From the NCBI GenBank assembly GCA_951406725.2, contig OX597824.1, forward strand, positions 42,532,001 through 42,596,000: a DNA stretch of 64,000 nucleotides, given 5' to 3'. The translations under genes and the position numbers were made by a program. Shown piece by piece: positions 39,998 through 53,720 of this stretch (position 1 is its first letter; each line of letters starts with the position of its first letter). The DNA is from Octopus vulgaris (Eukaryota). Under the pieces are notes generated by a model. The model did no database searches, had not been told where the DNA came from, and saw only the letters and a list, made by a program, of their open reading frames with translations.

Positions 39998-40320
39998 ATG
40001 TGTTTGTTTGTCCCTCCCTCCAACATCGCTTGACAACCGATGCTTAGCGGTTCGGCAAAAGAGACGGATAGAATAGTACTACGCTTACAAAGAATAAGTC
40101 CTGAGGTCAACTTGCTCGACTAAAGGTGGTGCTCCATCACGGCCGCTGTCAAATGACTGAAACAAGTAAAAGAATGACGGGTTTCTTTCAGTTTCCATTT
40201 TCCAGATTCTTGTACAAGCTTTGGTCGGCCCGAGGATATCAGAGATATCAGAGCGCGGAGAGGGACTCAACTCATTTGGTTGGAAAGCAAACCTCTTACC
40301 ACACAGCCACGTCTGCGCCT
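39495..40320. mobile_element. Cluster of three SINE family A copies (-, +, -)
   Basis: 39495-39665 minus tail; 39800-40173 plus, near full length; 40175-40320 minus head. Confidence 0.75.
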
Positions 40321-43045
40321 TTTATACACTGTCCGAAAATGACGTATCGATCAAAATTAATCTGGGATTAAACAACAATAAAAATAATTTAAATCGAATA
40401 CGTGGCCAGTGAGGGGCTGTGCTGCCTATAAAGGGGAAAAAAACTTAGTAAAATGAATTAAATTTCGTTCGTTTTCCGTTAGTTAAGCTGGATTTCTTCT
40501 CTTCTGATGAACCCTTTAAGCCCATAACGTCGATATTTACTTCTCGTGATGGCACAGAAGAATGATTTTACGAATTCTGCTATCTAAACCTTAAGAAAAT
40601 ATCTTAAAGGTTCTGCAATACTATATCTTAGCTCTATGTTAGCTCAATAACTTTAAAAGCCAAATCGATCCACATCAACATTTACATTCACTTTCCCAAG
40701 GTTTCGATTAGCTTATCCCATTTGAGTTGTCTTCCTTGGTTCTTTTAGATTTTAGACATCCCTTAGAGGGATATTTTATTTTCTAATTGCATGAATAATC
40801 TCAGTTACCGAAAGTTTTCAGCTCACCATATTACATACATAAGACCCTTACTGCATGCGTATGTTGGATGGACAAGGCTCTGATGCTGTATTTCCATTTA
40901 GCTATATTGTTGTCGTAGTTGTGCAACAGAAATGTGGCTATGATTTTCTTTTCAATATAAATTGGTCACAAGGCAGCGAGCTGGAAGAATCGTTAGTTTG
41001 CCGGGCAACATTCTTAGCGGCGTTTCGTCCGTCTTTACATTCTGAGTTCAAATTCCACCGGGGTCGAATTTGCCTTTCATCTTTTCGGGGTCCATAAAAT
41101 AAGTACCAGTTGAGCACTGGGGTCGATGAAATTGACTTAACCCCCAGCCACAATTACTGGCCTTATGCCAAAATCTGAAACCGATATAGGTTGATCAAAG
41201 GACTGGCGGTACTCACGTTCTTTAATGGCCTTTATTGTTCACCTTGGATTGTATATTCGTGTTTCTTGGAAAAAGCGTGACTGAGAAGGCAGTTCTGAAG
41301 ATTTACTATGATGGGCAACGTGTTGTTTAATGCATATCTCAGCCAAAGTGCAACTGTGAAAATGAGGGATGAAGAAGAGGAGAGTGGGATGAGGCCTAGG
41401 AGGAATGAATATGCAGCGACGATGTCGTTCACAAGAACAAACACCGTTTAAATTATGATAAAAGAACAGACCAACATATCAGCATGTCTGTGAGCTGGTG
41501 CTTGCAGCATGGTGTTGATGGTGAGTGTATCGTTTCGAATAGTCGAAAGCCGTTTTTTTTGGGGGTTTTTTTTTTGGATGTGGTCTTAGAGGAATAATGT
41601 CTGAATGAGTAAGATACGTTGACAAATAGAACTGATATGGGATTTAAAAAGAAAAAGAAAAGGGCAGGGAAATACTTGATTACTTATTAATAAATAGAGA
41701 ATTATTACTTTAATTGTGGAAAACTGTGTACAAAGTTTGCAATTACATTTAGCTTATCAATAAAAATATATAAGATTCGGTAGATCGTAAGCTTCCAACT
41801 TCTCTACAGGGCTTTCCACTGATATATTAAATCTCAAGTGGAAAGAATAGACATTGGTAATTTAATTAACTATATTTCGAAAGTACAATCATTGTGATTT
41901 CGAATCCCACTGGCATTGTTCTCTCTCTCGACCCCCCTTTTTTTTACTCCCCTTTTCTCTTTTCCTCTCTCTTTCTCTCTCTAATACAAACATCCGCGCT
42001 CGCACACGCTTTCTTTCTTGCTTTCATCCTTTTTTCTATTCGTAAGTGCTTTTTTATAAATTAGTCTTCTATAAAAGAAGATACTCTCTCGCAGCAACCC
42101 ATGTGGCAGCTGCTTTACTGTGAGGGAAGCTCGAGGAAATAATCACGTGACATCAAACCGTGCTAAGTGGTTCAACGTCCTTAATCGTACACTTTGACAT
42201 CTCATCATCCGGTGTAATGCTGGTATTTATTTTAATCAACCTTTTAAAGTTAATGAAATGCAAGGTTGGGTGCTCGAAGGCGCTGAACTTCATATCTGAA
42301 AATGAGTTCAGCTCAAAAGTTTCCAGCCTAAGCTACTTAAGATTTTATAGTTAATTAGTTACGTGGTCTTCCTTTGAATTAATTGGTTCTTCACGTTACA
42401 TCTTAATAATTCTCTTTTAAAGGTTCATACGGAGTTACTTATTAATCTTTCTGCTCATATTGATTTCTCACGCTGTCACAAGGCTTCAGATTTGTTGGGA
42501 AGAGAATAGTTAATTCAATTGACCCTCCCTCCCCCCCACAAATACATGCTTGTTAATTAGTTTATCAGTATTGGCGAGATGAAAGGAACTTCTGCTCACC
42601 GTGTACAGCATTTCTGTTCTTATTATGAGAAATTATTGAGACGAACTATCTTCCGTTGATGTGATTTCGCTCCACTTACATATTTATATTTCATTTTAAA
42701 CTTTTGCATTACACTTTCTCTAAAATATACCCTTGGTTCAAGAAAAACAAAACTGGTTTCGTTTGAAAATTTTGCCAGAAAACGTTCGAAGTTTCCAGAG
42801 GGTTGAATCTAAGATCCGTTTTCGGGTTCTCAGTTTAAGTCAGTTTGCTTTTTGAAGCCGGTGTATGCTAATGCTTATGTTGATCAACATCAAAGAGATG
42901 GACGACAAGATCGATCCCGATGGGACTCTAGCACAGAAGACAAAAATAAATGAATAAATAAATCGCAATGAATAAGTGCTTTACTACTTCTGTAATTTTA
43001 ATATCATATTAATGATTTCTTTTAATATTTACTTACTTACTTACT

Positions 43046-43078
<33 letters not shown>

Positions 43079-43146
43079 AACTACAACTACAACGACGACG
43101 AAGATGACTACTACTACTACTACTGCTGCTGCTGCTACAACTACAG

Positions 43147-43181
<35 letters not shown>

Positions 43182-44325
43182 ACCACCACCTACAGTAATG
43201 CTACCAATAATAATGGTTTCAAATTTTGGCACACGGGCCAGAAATTTCGGGGAAAGTGAGGTAAGTTGAGTACATTGATCCAACAGAAATACGAGATTCA
43301 ATCAAATATTTCCTAACCAGCGACATCTTATCTAAGAGCGAGAGAGGAAGAAAATAATTTACCTTTACTACACAAAAGTGAGATTTTTTTCTAAATGAAC
43401 TAAAAAAATAGTTGAAGAAAGCGTTAACTAATATGTAGGAAAGGTGTGATCATCTGCCGGAGTGGGGCTACATGGGAGTGCTGACTAGGTTGTTTAAAAT
43501 TAAATCGAGATGTTAGATTTGTTGCACATCTGTTCGCAGTCTTATAATGCAATACGTGGTTCATCGGAAAAGTCACTGTCAGTTGACGTTGAGGTGAGGC
43601 TTATCAAATTTGTGGCAGAACACAGGCTGGTGGTGAATGCCGTGAAGCAATTATAAAATAGGAGGAGCCTGTACGGACATCGAAATTTATTTACCCTCCA
43701 AAGAGCACAAGGTCAAGATAGCTTCCCGAGGAACAAATGCCACATTCGAAAAAATCCTGTAAATATGTCTTTAACTTGCCTAAACAGTTTAATTTGAAAA
43801 TTTTGAAAGATGCTACGTATAAAAGCAACAGGAAAGGCATGAATAAGGGAACTCCAGAGGGACAATGTCGGGACAAAAAGACTGGGTGTGCGTGGGGGGT
43901 AGGGTAGTGCGGGGTCTGGGTAGTTGGACACAAGTATGATAAAAGGAGGCTAGGCGAGTGAGTCGAGAATACCTGAGAAGAGAATTCATCAACCAACCAG
44001 CTCTGATGACCTGAGGCCATTAGAATATCGGAAAAAGAGAGGGAGAGAATGAAGCAGTACGCTAGTATGTCGAAGGCTGGAGTATATCCTAAATTAATTT
44101 ACATCAGTCAAGTGTCCAAAGCTAGTGTCATACCTATAAAGAAACAACAACTTTGTCCCTTCCCTCGCATATTAATTGATTGGAGAGAAGAAAAATCTAT
44201 TTATGATAATTCTCTCGGAAAGAGAAGACACTAAATGAATAAATGAATAATTATCCAAGTTATGACTACCTCCTTCTTCAAATATATCATAAATAGTTTA
44301 TTTATAGGAAATTCATGCCATATGG

Positions 44326-44388
44326 TGCTATTAAGTTAGACATGGCCTGGGCCAATAATGGCCGAAACCTATCAAAGTATCAAAGTAT
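44326..44388 (+). mobile_element. Mini-element / LINE 3' tail with (TATCAAAG)n
   Basis: Near-identical copy at 50958-51028; hairpin GGCCA-ATAA-TGGCC followed by 8-bp tandem tail. Confidence 0.65.
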
Positions 44389-44479
44389 GTGAGTTAGTTT
44401 AAAAATTTAGATTTGTACTGGGAAGAAAATTTCTTTGTTATTTCGAATCTATGTGTTTATGTGTGTATGTGTGTGTATA

Positions 44480-44518
<39 letters not shown>

Positions 44519-44616
44519 GTCTGTCTGTGTCTGTCTGTCTGTCTGTATGTATGTGTATTGAATCTTTATATAAAATCTCTACACCACTTCCAACAACCTC
44601 TTCGAGAAGGAGAGAA

Positions 44617-44651
<35 letters not shown>

Positions 44652-44944
44652 TTGACGAAAGTAGCCCCTGTTCTTGCTAACCTAATAATGTGATATTTTG
44701 AATTCACTATATATAAAGCGTCACTTCAAAAATATGGATATCCATTTCACCATTATATAAGAGAGAACTGGAAAAGAAATCTGGATTTATCATTCGGAAG
44801 GAGACTTTTGGAAAACCTTTGGAATTTAAATCAATACTAAATAGTATAAACCCTAATATTCAGTTTACAGTGGAATATGGCAAAGAACAGCTTCCTTTTT
44901 GAGATATTCTCATAAAAAAGTCAACAATCAAATCTTAATTGACA

Positions 44945-46120
44945 TCTCTTATTATAAAAGGCAGATTTTATCTGCCTCCCTTTGGGAGTTATACAAATCT
45001 ACAATATAGGATTTCTTCAATTACAATTTACCTAGCAGTTTTAAGAGTACAATGCATCGCGTCATGCCAGGTCCAGTTGTTAAAATTTAAACTCCAATTA
45101 AGCAAAATTTACAGAAAACTCACATTCTGGTGTGTGTGTCAAATGCTTTTCTTAGTCTGGTTTACACCACACGCAAACGCACACACACAGTGGGCAACGA
45201 ATAAAATGAAAGTAAATGTAATATTTATTTCTGTCTATCACGCTGATAGATACATGAGTAAAATGTATGGGAAGCTAACAGATAACAGTGAGTGAAAATG
45301 TTCTTGGAAGAGAGTAAATTAGCGACAGTGATTTGAGGAAGACTAAACTGAAACTATGAAACAGTGTTTATGTATAAACAGACGACACTTATATAAACCC
45401 TTTCGTTACCAAACCGCCCGAATTTACCTATTCATATTTAAATGAGAATATCAGAGTAAATCTCTTTAGTACATTCGTGAAAACACGTATTATACTTCGT
45501 AAACACTTCAAATACAGTTCTGTACAAAAATCGAAGTGTAATTTTAATTCCGTGAATTATGGGAGATTTTTTTTCCGAAATTTGTTCCTATTGTGTTTTC
45601 AAAATTTGTAATTCTGACAAAAAATGGATACGAATTTCATTATATCAAGCAGCGAGTCAGAATTCGAAGGATTTTCTACTGAAGACCTTCATAAATCTAA
45701 CTCTATGACTGAAAAAAAAAAGCATCTTTATATAAGAGTGAAGTTGTGTGTCTGTCCCCTTCGATTTACATTCGTAATTACTCCCACATTTTGCGGTGCA
45801 GTTTAACCAAAAGCGGGTATCTTATAGTCGTGATTCATATCGAGCCCTTCTGGGTATTAGCGCGCGTCTACGATGAGTCTACGATTTTAAAAAAATTTAC
45901 CATCATATTTTTCCATTTTAATGCATTTTTTTCGCTTTTATATAAGGGAAGTAACTCTCTAAAAATATCTACGATGTGTCAACGATTTAAAAAAAATTTA
46001 CCTTAATTTTTTTTTCAATTTTTAATGCATTTATTTTGCTATTTTTTGGCTATAACTCTCTAAAAATGCTTATATAGTTATTTCCCTTACAACCCGAGCA
46101 ACGCCGGGCGATACTGCTAG
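44945..46120 (+). mobile_element. Composite non-autonomous Helitron
   Basis: A|TC start at 44945; second TC..TATATAA start at 45725; hairpin CCCGAGCAACGCCGGG and CTAG|T end; no TSD. Excision restores GAC ATT TAT CAT AAA CCA (DIYHKP). Confidence 0.88.
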
Positions 46121-47170
46121 TTTATCATAAACCAACGGACTCGAAGCAATATCTTCCTTTTAGCTCTTGCCAACCGAAACACATCAAAAGAAATATCCCC
46201 TTTAATTTAGTGAAAAGGATTTACACAATAGTGTCTGATGGAAATACTCTGGACCTCCGTCTTCAAGAACTCAGAACAACATTAACTGAGAGACACTATC
46301 CATCCTTACCTAGAGAGGATGGAATTAAACGTGGCAAGAAAATAAGCATTAAGATACTAAGGGAAGCAAAACGAAACACCACACCTCACCTCAAAATACT
46401 ACCGTATATATATCAACTCAGAACCCTAGAAACAATGAGGCATACAACCCTATTGTACAAAATCTACCAATGCTCAGTGGGAATCAAAAAGTGAGCAACA
46501 TTCTGAAAACACATAAATTCATCAAATGTAAAAAGCAACCCAAATCGCTGAAAAGAATTCCAATTTGAACAAGGAGAGTGGTTCACAATTAAGACCAACT
46601 TGACTTGTGCATCCGAGAATTCAATTTATGTTATAACTTGTTCATGTTGTAGATATAACTATATAGAACAGACAAGTATGGCACTTAGACGAAGAACCAC
46701 ACTACATAAGGAACAGATCCGTTTCCCAAAGTATTGACAGATACATTCGAGTGAAGGCATAGAGAGACGTGCAGAGAATCTCCAATCAAATTTTACAGTT
46801 TTTCCTTATCTACCAGTGCAAAGAAACAATTTCTGTACATGAACGTTTAAACAAAGAAAATTTATTTATCGAAAAATACAGAACATGCCTAAATCTGAAC
46901 GCATAACCAACTTTGGTCTCAGTATATATTTTAATCCATGATTACATATCTATCACTGTACATATTTCATCTCACAACTTTAGCTTATGAATTTTTGTAT
47001 GGTTATTTATCCCACCCCAAAAATGAGCAATTACCTCCCCTGTCCCGAGTAATAACTATCATCAATTACCTCCCCTTAGATTTTTCTACTTGTTCATTTA
47101 TTCACAGACTTTCATACAAGAAAATGGACTAAAACTTTCTTAAGAAAATACGAAATTACAATAACTTTAA

Positions 47171-47203
47171 TGCCATGATTAGCGAAAGCAAAACCGGTCG
47201 ACA
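47171..47203 (+). ncRNA. Minimal hammerhead, A3-U8 variant (G12A in this copy)
   Basis: TGCC ATGATTA GC GAAA GC AAAA C CG GTC GACA. Confidence 0.6.
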
Positions 47204-47396
47204 ACCACAATACTCTTTCCTTTAGAATATATTAAAACTATGTAAACCATGTGCATTTTCCATATTTTATATATACCTACATGCATGCATACATGCATAC
47301 ATACATACATGCATATATATATATATAACAAAAAATAAGGATAATGCACACAGTTTACATAGTTTGAATATATTTTAAATGAAAGAGTTTTGTGGG

Positions 47397-47429
47397 TGCC
47401 GACCGGTTTCGCTTTCGTTAATCATGACA
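47397..47429 (-). ncRNA. Minimal hammerhead, A3-U8 variant (G10.1A in this copy)
   Basis: TGTC ATGATTA AC GAAA GC GAAA C CG GTC GGCA, within the inverted copy (47320-47459) of 47142-47273. Confidence 0.65.
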
Positions 47430-47460
47430 TTAAAAATGATTGTAATTTCGTATTTTCTTT

Positions 47461-47539
<79 letters not shown>

Positions 47540-48414
47540 AAATGGATAGATACATGGACGTGTGTGAGTGTAGATACACACACACACGTGTGTGTATATA
47601 TATATATATATATATCATATATATATTATATATATATGTGTGTTTGTGTGTGTGTATATAATATATGTATGTGCCAATTATTCCTTTGATACATGCTTGG
47701 ATTTGCAGGATATCTGACACGGGTGAACTACCCTTTCACCTCTACATTGATCACTGATTTGTAAGTATAAATTACCAGAAATATTTGGAATAAGCTGTGC
47801 TGCCAAAACGTGTGGTCTGACCCGTTGTTGATTTCATGTGATCTGATTTAATCGATACCCTACTTCCTTTTTACTATACATATATATATACATGCGTGCG
47901 TGTGTGTGTGTGTGTGTGTGGAGGGTTATTTCATGACGATGAAACTTAATATTTATACTAGTTGTAGAATCCGTGACATTCATACAATCTCAGAAGTCTT
48001 TAATAACCCGAGTGAAAGAAATTGTGGTTCAGAACAGAAATTGATTCATGGTGTCAATTGGATCGAGAACTTTCCACCAAAGTAGTCGTTTGTGTGCCAT
48101 ACTTCTTTCTGTTTATTATTACATAACACTGATCTGTATGTTTGTAATAGCCTCTCTCTCTCTACACACACACGTGGTGTATGTGTGTGTATGTGTGTGT
48201 GTGTGTGTGTGTGCGTGTGTGTGTGTGCGTGTGTGTGTCTATGTATCTGATTCTACATATATGCATCTACATACACCCTTTCCTCTCTATTGAAGTGGGT
48301 TTTGTTTCCTTGTGCTGTATTATGCATGTCTTTTTTCCTTATTTCATTTGTATACGTGTATACATATGTTCTATTTAAACATTCATGTGTTCATGTCTCC
48401 TTGTATACGGATTC

Positions 48415-48499
<85 letters not shown>

Positions 48500-48570
48500 T
48501 GTATGTATGTATGTATGTATGTATGTATGTATGTATGTATGTATGTATGTATGTATGTATGTATGTATGC
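48415..48570. repeat. (TA)n-(TATG)n microsatellite
   Basis: Direct. Confidence 0.95.
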
Positions 48571-49294
48571 ATGCTTATATGGGTGGGCATATGTGTATAC
48601 ATGGGTGCTGTGTGATTATGCGTCCAGACGGATGTGCAAACAAAAAAATTGACAAAATATCGTCAGTGTGTGAACCCAAACCGGCCCACCCATCCTCGTT
48701 GCAAAGATGCTCCATTCTACCCTTCCAATTCTTTCTTTACACCACGCCACCGATCCCTCGCCCAACAACTCCACTGTAGCCGAATTCCTGTCATTTTGTT
48801 GAACTACTCCCTTTTCTTCTTCTTTTCCCATCATTATTTCCCCTCTTCCAAACTCTTTTTCTCTCTCTCTCTCTCTCTGTTCCTTTGCTCCGCTCACCTC
48901 CCCTGTATTCCAGCATCCCTCCTCCTCCACACATGACACTTCCCATGCCATCACCTCCATTATTCCATTCCTGTTCTGCACATTCATTTCCAACCCTCTC
49001 ACCTTCCTCTTTAACTAGCCGCTCGTTCACCACTCTCCATCTTCACTCTCCACTCTCCCACAAAAGCCAACTTTTTCACTCTCCACTCTTCACTCTCCAC
49101 TAACCTCTTCTTCATCACCGTCATTTTCCAAACTACCACTATCAACCATAGTACACCTCACAATTGTATTGTTTTGTTCTTTATTGTTTTTATTCATCAT
49201 TTTTTTATATCTCTATATATTCTCTTTCTCCTTTGGTGTCTGTCTCGAAGAGCTCCTCTTCCTGTTGTTGCCCAGACTAGTCAAGTTTTGGCTT

Positions 49295-49358
<64 letters not shown>

Positions 49359-49555
49359 CCACCACCACCACCATCATCATCATCGATATCATCATCGTCG
49401 TCGTCGTCGTCGTCGACGTTGATCTTCGTTATCATCACCATTATCATTATCACCAACATTATATAATAATAATAATAATAATAATAATAGTAATAATATT
49501 AATAATAATAACAACAACAATGATAATAAAACCATCAGCATTATCACCATCATCT

Positions 49556-49610
<55 letters not shown>

Positions 49611-49645
49611 CATCATCATCATCATCATCATCATCATCGTCGTCA
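49295..49645. repeat. (CAT)n/(CAC)n/(CGT)n/(TAA)n/(TTA)n trinucleotide mosaic
   Basis: Direct. Confidence 0.95.
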
Positions 49646-50097
49646 TTGTTATTCTTCTTATTATGAAATAGGCAGTGACCATTTTAATGGTGTCATTGGC
49701 AATAGCTGCTTCTTTACGGACTCCTGACCACGAAAGTCTTCTGCGAATGATTATGTGTTTGCAAGCATGTGATTTTCAGTGTGTGTGTGCGTGTGTCTGA
49801 GCGCACTCGCGTATGTGTATGTGTGCGTGTGTGTGTAAGTCTGCGTGATTGTGTGTGAGTGTATTTAATTAGGGTGTGTTTATGCATGTGTCTATGAATC
49901 TGTGTGTATTTATGTTTGTTGCATGTATATATATATATGTGTGTGTGTGTGTGTATGTGTGTGTGCGTGTGTGTGTGTGTGTGTTTGCGTATGTTTGCAT
50001 ATATGTACGACTAAATATGTTTATTGACACATATATGCATATATAGATATATACATGTAGATACATATATACATGCATATATATAGTATATGTTTAT

Positions 50098-50149
<52 letters not shown>

Positions 50150-50569
50150 TGGATACATATGTGTTTGAGAATCTATCATTCATTGCTCATGTGTTTCTAT
50201 GTATTTGTTTAAGAGTATTTCATCTGTATTTGTATGTATGATTTTCGGAGATTTTATCATCTCTGTGTACATGTATGTCTATGCATTTATGTATACGTTT
50301 CTTGTCGTAGAAATCTTGTGTCCCCACCTCCATTTTCTCTCTATTTATATCTATGTGTAAGTGTGCATGTGTGTGTGTGTGTGTGCGTGTATGTGTGTAT
50401 TCGTTCTTGTATCTCAATGAATGAATTCCTTAAGCACCTCCTAAGCCATACCATAACCCTCGTTGCATCTTATAATAGTATGGTTCGTTGGTGTTCCGGT
50501 TGATTTCATGTGCAAAACCAGCATTGGTAATATTTTTACAATTATTTTCTTAAAATTATCTTTATCTTT

Positions 50570-50600
<31 letters not shown>

Positions 50601-50606
50601 TTATTC

Positions 50607-50650
<44 letters not shown>

Positions 50651-50957
50651 GATAATAATAATATCAAGAATAATAATAAACGATATTAACATGATTGATT
50701 TTGTTATGCTAAATTGTTTTTTTTTTTCTTTCTGTTGTTCCCCAGAAAAAAAATAATCCAGGTAGAAAGATGGTTGACAGACAAATAAATAGATTGATAG
50801 TTAAATAATAGAGAATATATGTGCATGTGTGTATGTGTGTTTGTGTCTGTGTTTGTGTGTGTCAGTGTGTGTATGCACGCGCGTATGTTTCTGCGTATGT
50901 GTATGTATGTATGAATGTATACATACACACAAATACACACACATATACATATATATA

Positions 50958-51028
50958 TGCTATTAAGTTAGACATGGCCTGGGCCAATAATGGCCAAAAC
51001 CTATCAAAGTATCAAAGTATCAAAGTAT
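50958..51028 (+). mobile_element. Second copy of the (TATCAAAG)n-tailed mini-element
   Basis: One mismatch to 44326-44388 and one extra tail unit. Confidence 0.65.
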
Positions 51029-53399
51029 ATATTTAATTGTGTGTGTCTGCAGAGAGAGAGAGAATATATATATATATATATATATGAAGGACATTAAGCT
51101 TTGTGCGTGTGTTCTCGTTTACACACACACACACACATGCACACATACCTATATACATACATATGTACGTACGTACGTACGCCCATACATGTAAATACGT
51201 ATGTACGTACATATTTAGGTAAGTAGATATGTATGTATATTAGAGGACGTGCATTTTTTGAAATGAGTTCGTGCATGAACGTACATATACATGTATGTAT
51301 GTACATATATATGTGTGTGTGCGCGCGCGGATGGTAGTGTCTGTATGTATGAGAGAAGGAATGCATGACTGATTGAAAACGGTCCAGTATAAGATAAAGT
51401 CAGAGGGAATGACTGGAATCGAAACTGATGATACAAGGAGAAAAGGAGGGAAAGGAGATAGTACTGTAGGAGTTCATGAGATAGAGAAATGAAATGAAAT
51501 GAAGCAAGAATAGATAGGTAGAATGGTGAGATTTTTGAATAGGAAGTATGATTTGGCAAGCATTAACGGAGGCGTTTTAAAGACCATTATTTTAGGAACA
51601 AAATATATAAAGACATAATAAATATATAAATAGAACTAAAATGTTGGGTGAGAATGAATCGTTAATCTTAATGTAAGTGAAAAGATTGCAGGAGCTGTGT
51701 GGGTATCTTATTTGTTATTGATCTGTTTTAGGGTGGTGGTGAGTGAATAGAGTGCTGAAGAGGGTGGGAGGGAATATATCATTTTTTTTTTTACTTTATT
51801 GAATCTAATTATGTTTAGGAGGGTTTGGGTGGAAAGATAGAAGGAAAATAAAACAGAGAAATAAAATGATGAGTATAAAATTTGAAGGAAAACTTTGAAT
51901 GCGATGAACTAAAAATTTGAAAAAAGTATATTTAAAAAAAAAAAAAGTGAAAAAATATGAAGTCCACTGACAGAAAAAGAAACGCTACAAAGAAAGCAAT
52001 GAGAGAATTAAATAAATGAATTAATAAAAATACATACAAGAGAAAGAAAAAACTGAGTTGAATAAGACGACAATATTTGCCACTCTTGACTCTGGTTTTA
52101 GAAAAATATCTGCTGAACAGTATTTCTGTATAAGCCCTCAGCTTTCACATCAAAAAGTACTTGAAATAGCTCGTGAGGATTTGGCTGGAGAGGAAAACCA
52201 ATGGACGTTTTTCAGAATCTTCACTATGGCTATCATGTAGTGGAAAATTGACTTCATTTTTCCGGAGGAAGCCAACATGACAGGAAAGTTTTCTTTATGA
52301 ATTTTGGATGTCCATCCTACATGTCACATACTTCCACAAATCAATAGTTTATGGTATGGACCAAGTCCATGGAGAATACTTTCATTCTTCTCTCCTTATA
52401 GTGGACCCATCTAGCTGACATCTCACAACTTTATCCTTAATCCTCGAAGGGATTTTGAAACTAAATCATCCATAACCCACAATATTATAGATGCGTAAGG
52501 TATTATTCATTACCAACAACAGAGTGACATTGTTCTATTGTGAAACTGGTAGAAAACCTTAGGCAATTGAAAACACTCAGAATTTAAAACGCTCATCATC
52601 GCTTCAATTATGCCCCAAAGCTTTAACCCGGTCAAAATAAATTGCTGTTGTCAGACATGCCTGACAAAAGACTGATAATCCTGCCCACTGTCCAGAAATA
52701 TAAACTTATTTCACAGCGTCTCTACTTATCTACCGTCAACGACATCACAAGTTCTTTATGCTGCGGATGCTAGCGGTAAGGCACTAAAAGATCCGGCCCC
52801 AGATTAAAGACGTTTTTGTGCTAATGATTTTAGACCGGTGATTAGGCGCTAGCAAGTTGCTGTCACTTATTCTACGCAGAACTCATTTGGTATCGAATGA
52901 TTTGTCTGTGAGATGTTTGGGCACCAAAAGAAGAAAAAAAAGAAAAAATAACTATTCTACATAAACTAATTAACTCACAAAAGCCACATGGAATTTAAAA
53001 AAATAAATACAGGAAGGCTTATAATTATTAAATGAAAAACGAAATAAAACTATACTTTTCATATGTCAATATACCGTTTTTCATTTATAAACAGTAGTAA
53101 TCGTTTGTTGTGTATTGTCTTATATAAAAGGAGGTTACCTTATTTTTTAGTCGCTTCATTTTCATTTCAATACATTTTAGCATTTTTATCTTGCAAATTT
53201 TTATTCTCCCCCAGTCTCGTGTGTATGCGCGCGCTCGCGTGTGTCTATGTGTGTGTATCCTCACCACCAAATTGCCCATCAGCAGATCAGCTGGCACCAA
53301 AACGTCCACATTCAATCGTTCAGTTCAAACCAGTCTCTTTCGCTACAAGCAACATCATAAACGTTCCAAGCTGGTTAGATGTTCCCTGCAGCAAGATGC

Positions 53400-53720
53400 A
53401 GTGTCGCATACATCCACAATCTATGTCGGCATTCACCACATCCGCCTAATACTTCAAAGATAGCTGCCAATTCAATTCCAGAATAACCCTAGTTATTACC
53501 TCATCTAATATCTTATTCAACCTGAGGACAATACCGAACCAAACTCCCATCACTTTAACCAGAATCTTCAACTAGCTATGAAGCTTGATTGCATGAATTT
53601 TCTCCGCTACAGATTGAGTTAAAGGCTTCTTAATCTGTATTCAGCAGCAAACTTTCTCACATTTGAATAGAAAAGGATTTCAAGTAAATAAAATTTGATT
53701 CCCCTGATTATCTTCACTTC
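53400..53720 (-). pseudogene. Tx1/L1-clade RT C-terminal fragment
   Basis: VKVMGVWFG...LSLKY*ADVVNA resembles the K.LGV.F / LSL.GR....N motifs. Confidence 0.5.

Larger units (their letters stand above)
44700..47275 (+). mobile_element. Penelope-like element: RT C-terminus, GIY-YIG endonuclease and terminal repeat; interrupted by a Helitron
   Basis: ILNSINPNIQFTVEYGKEQLPF; DI|YHKPTDSKQYLPFSSCQPKHIKRNIPFNLVKRI; LTCASENSIYVITCSCCRYNYIEQTSMALRRRTTLHKEQI. Stop at 46904-46906; hammerhead at 47171-47203. Confidence 0.88.

Noticed and set aside
43691-44020. Possible LINE RT remnant (PSGVPL); similarly 41232-41444
   Set aside because: Only weak single-motif resemblance.
44345-44375. GGCCA-ATAA-TGGCC GAAAC as a hammerhead
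   Set aside because: No CUGANGA-type core, and the second copy has AAAAC. It is better explained as a LINE 3' stem-loop.
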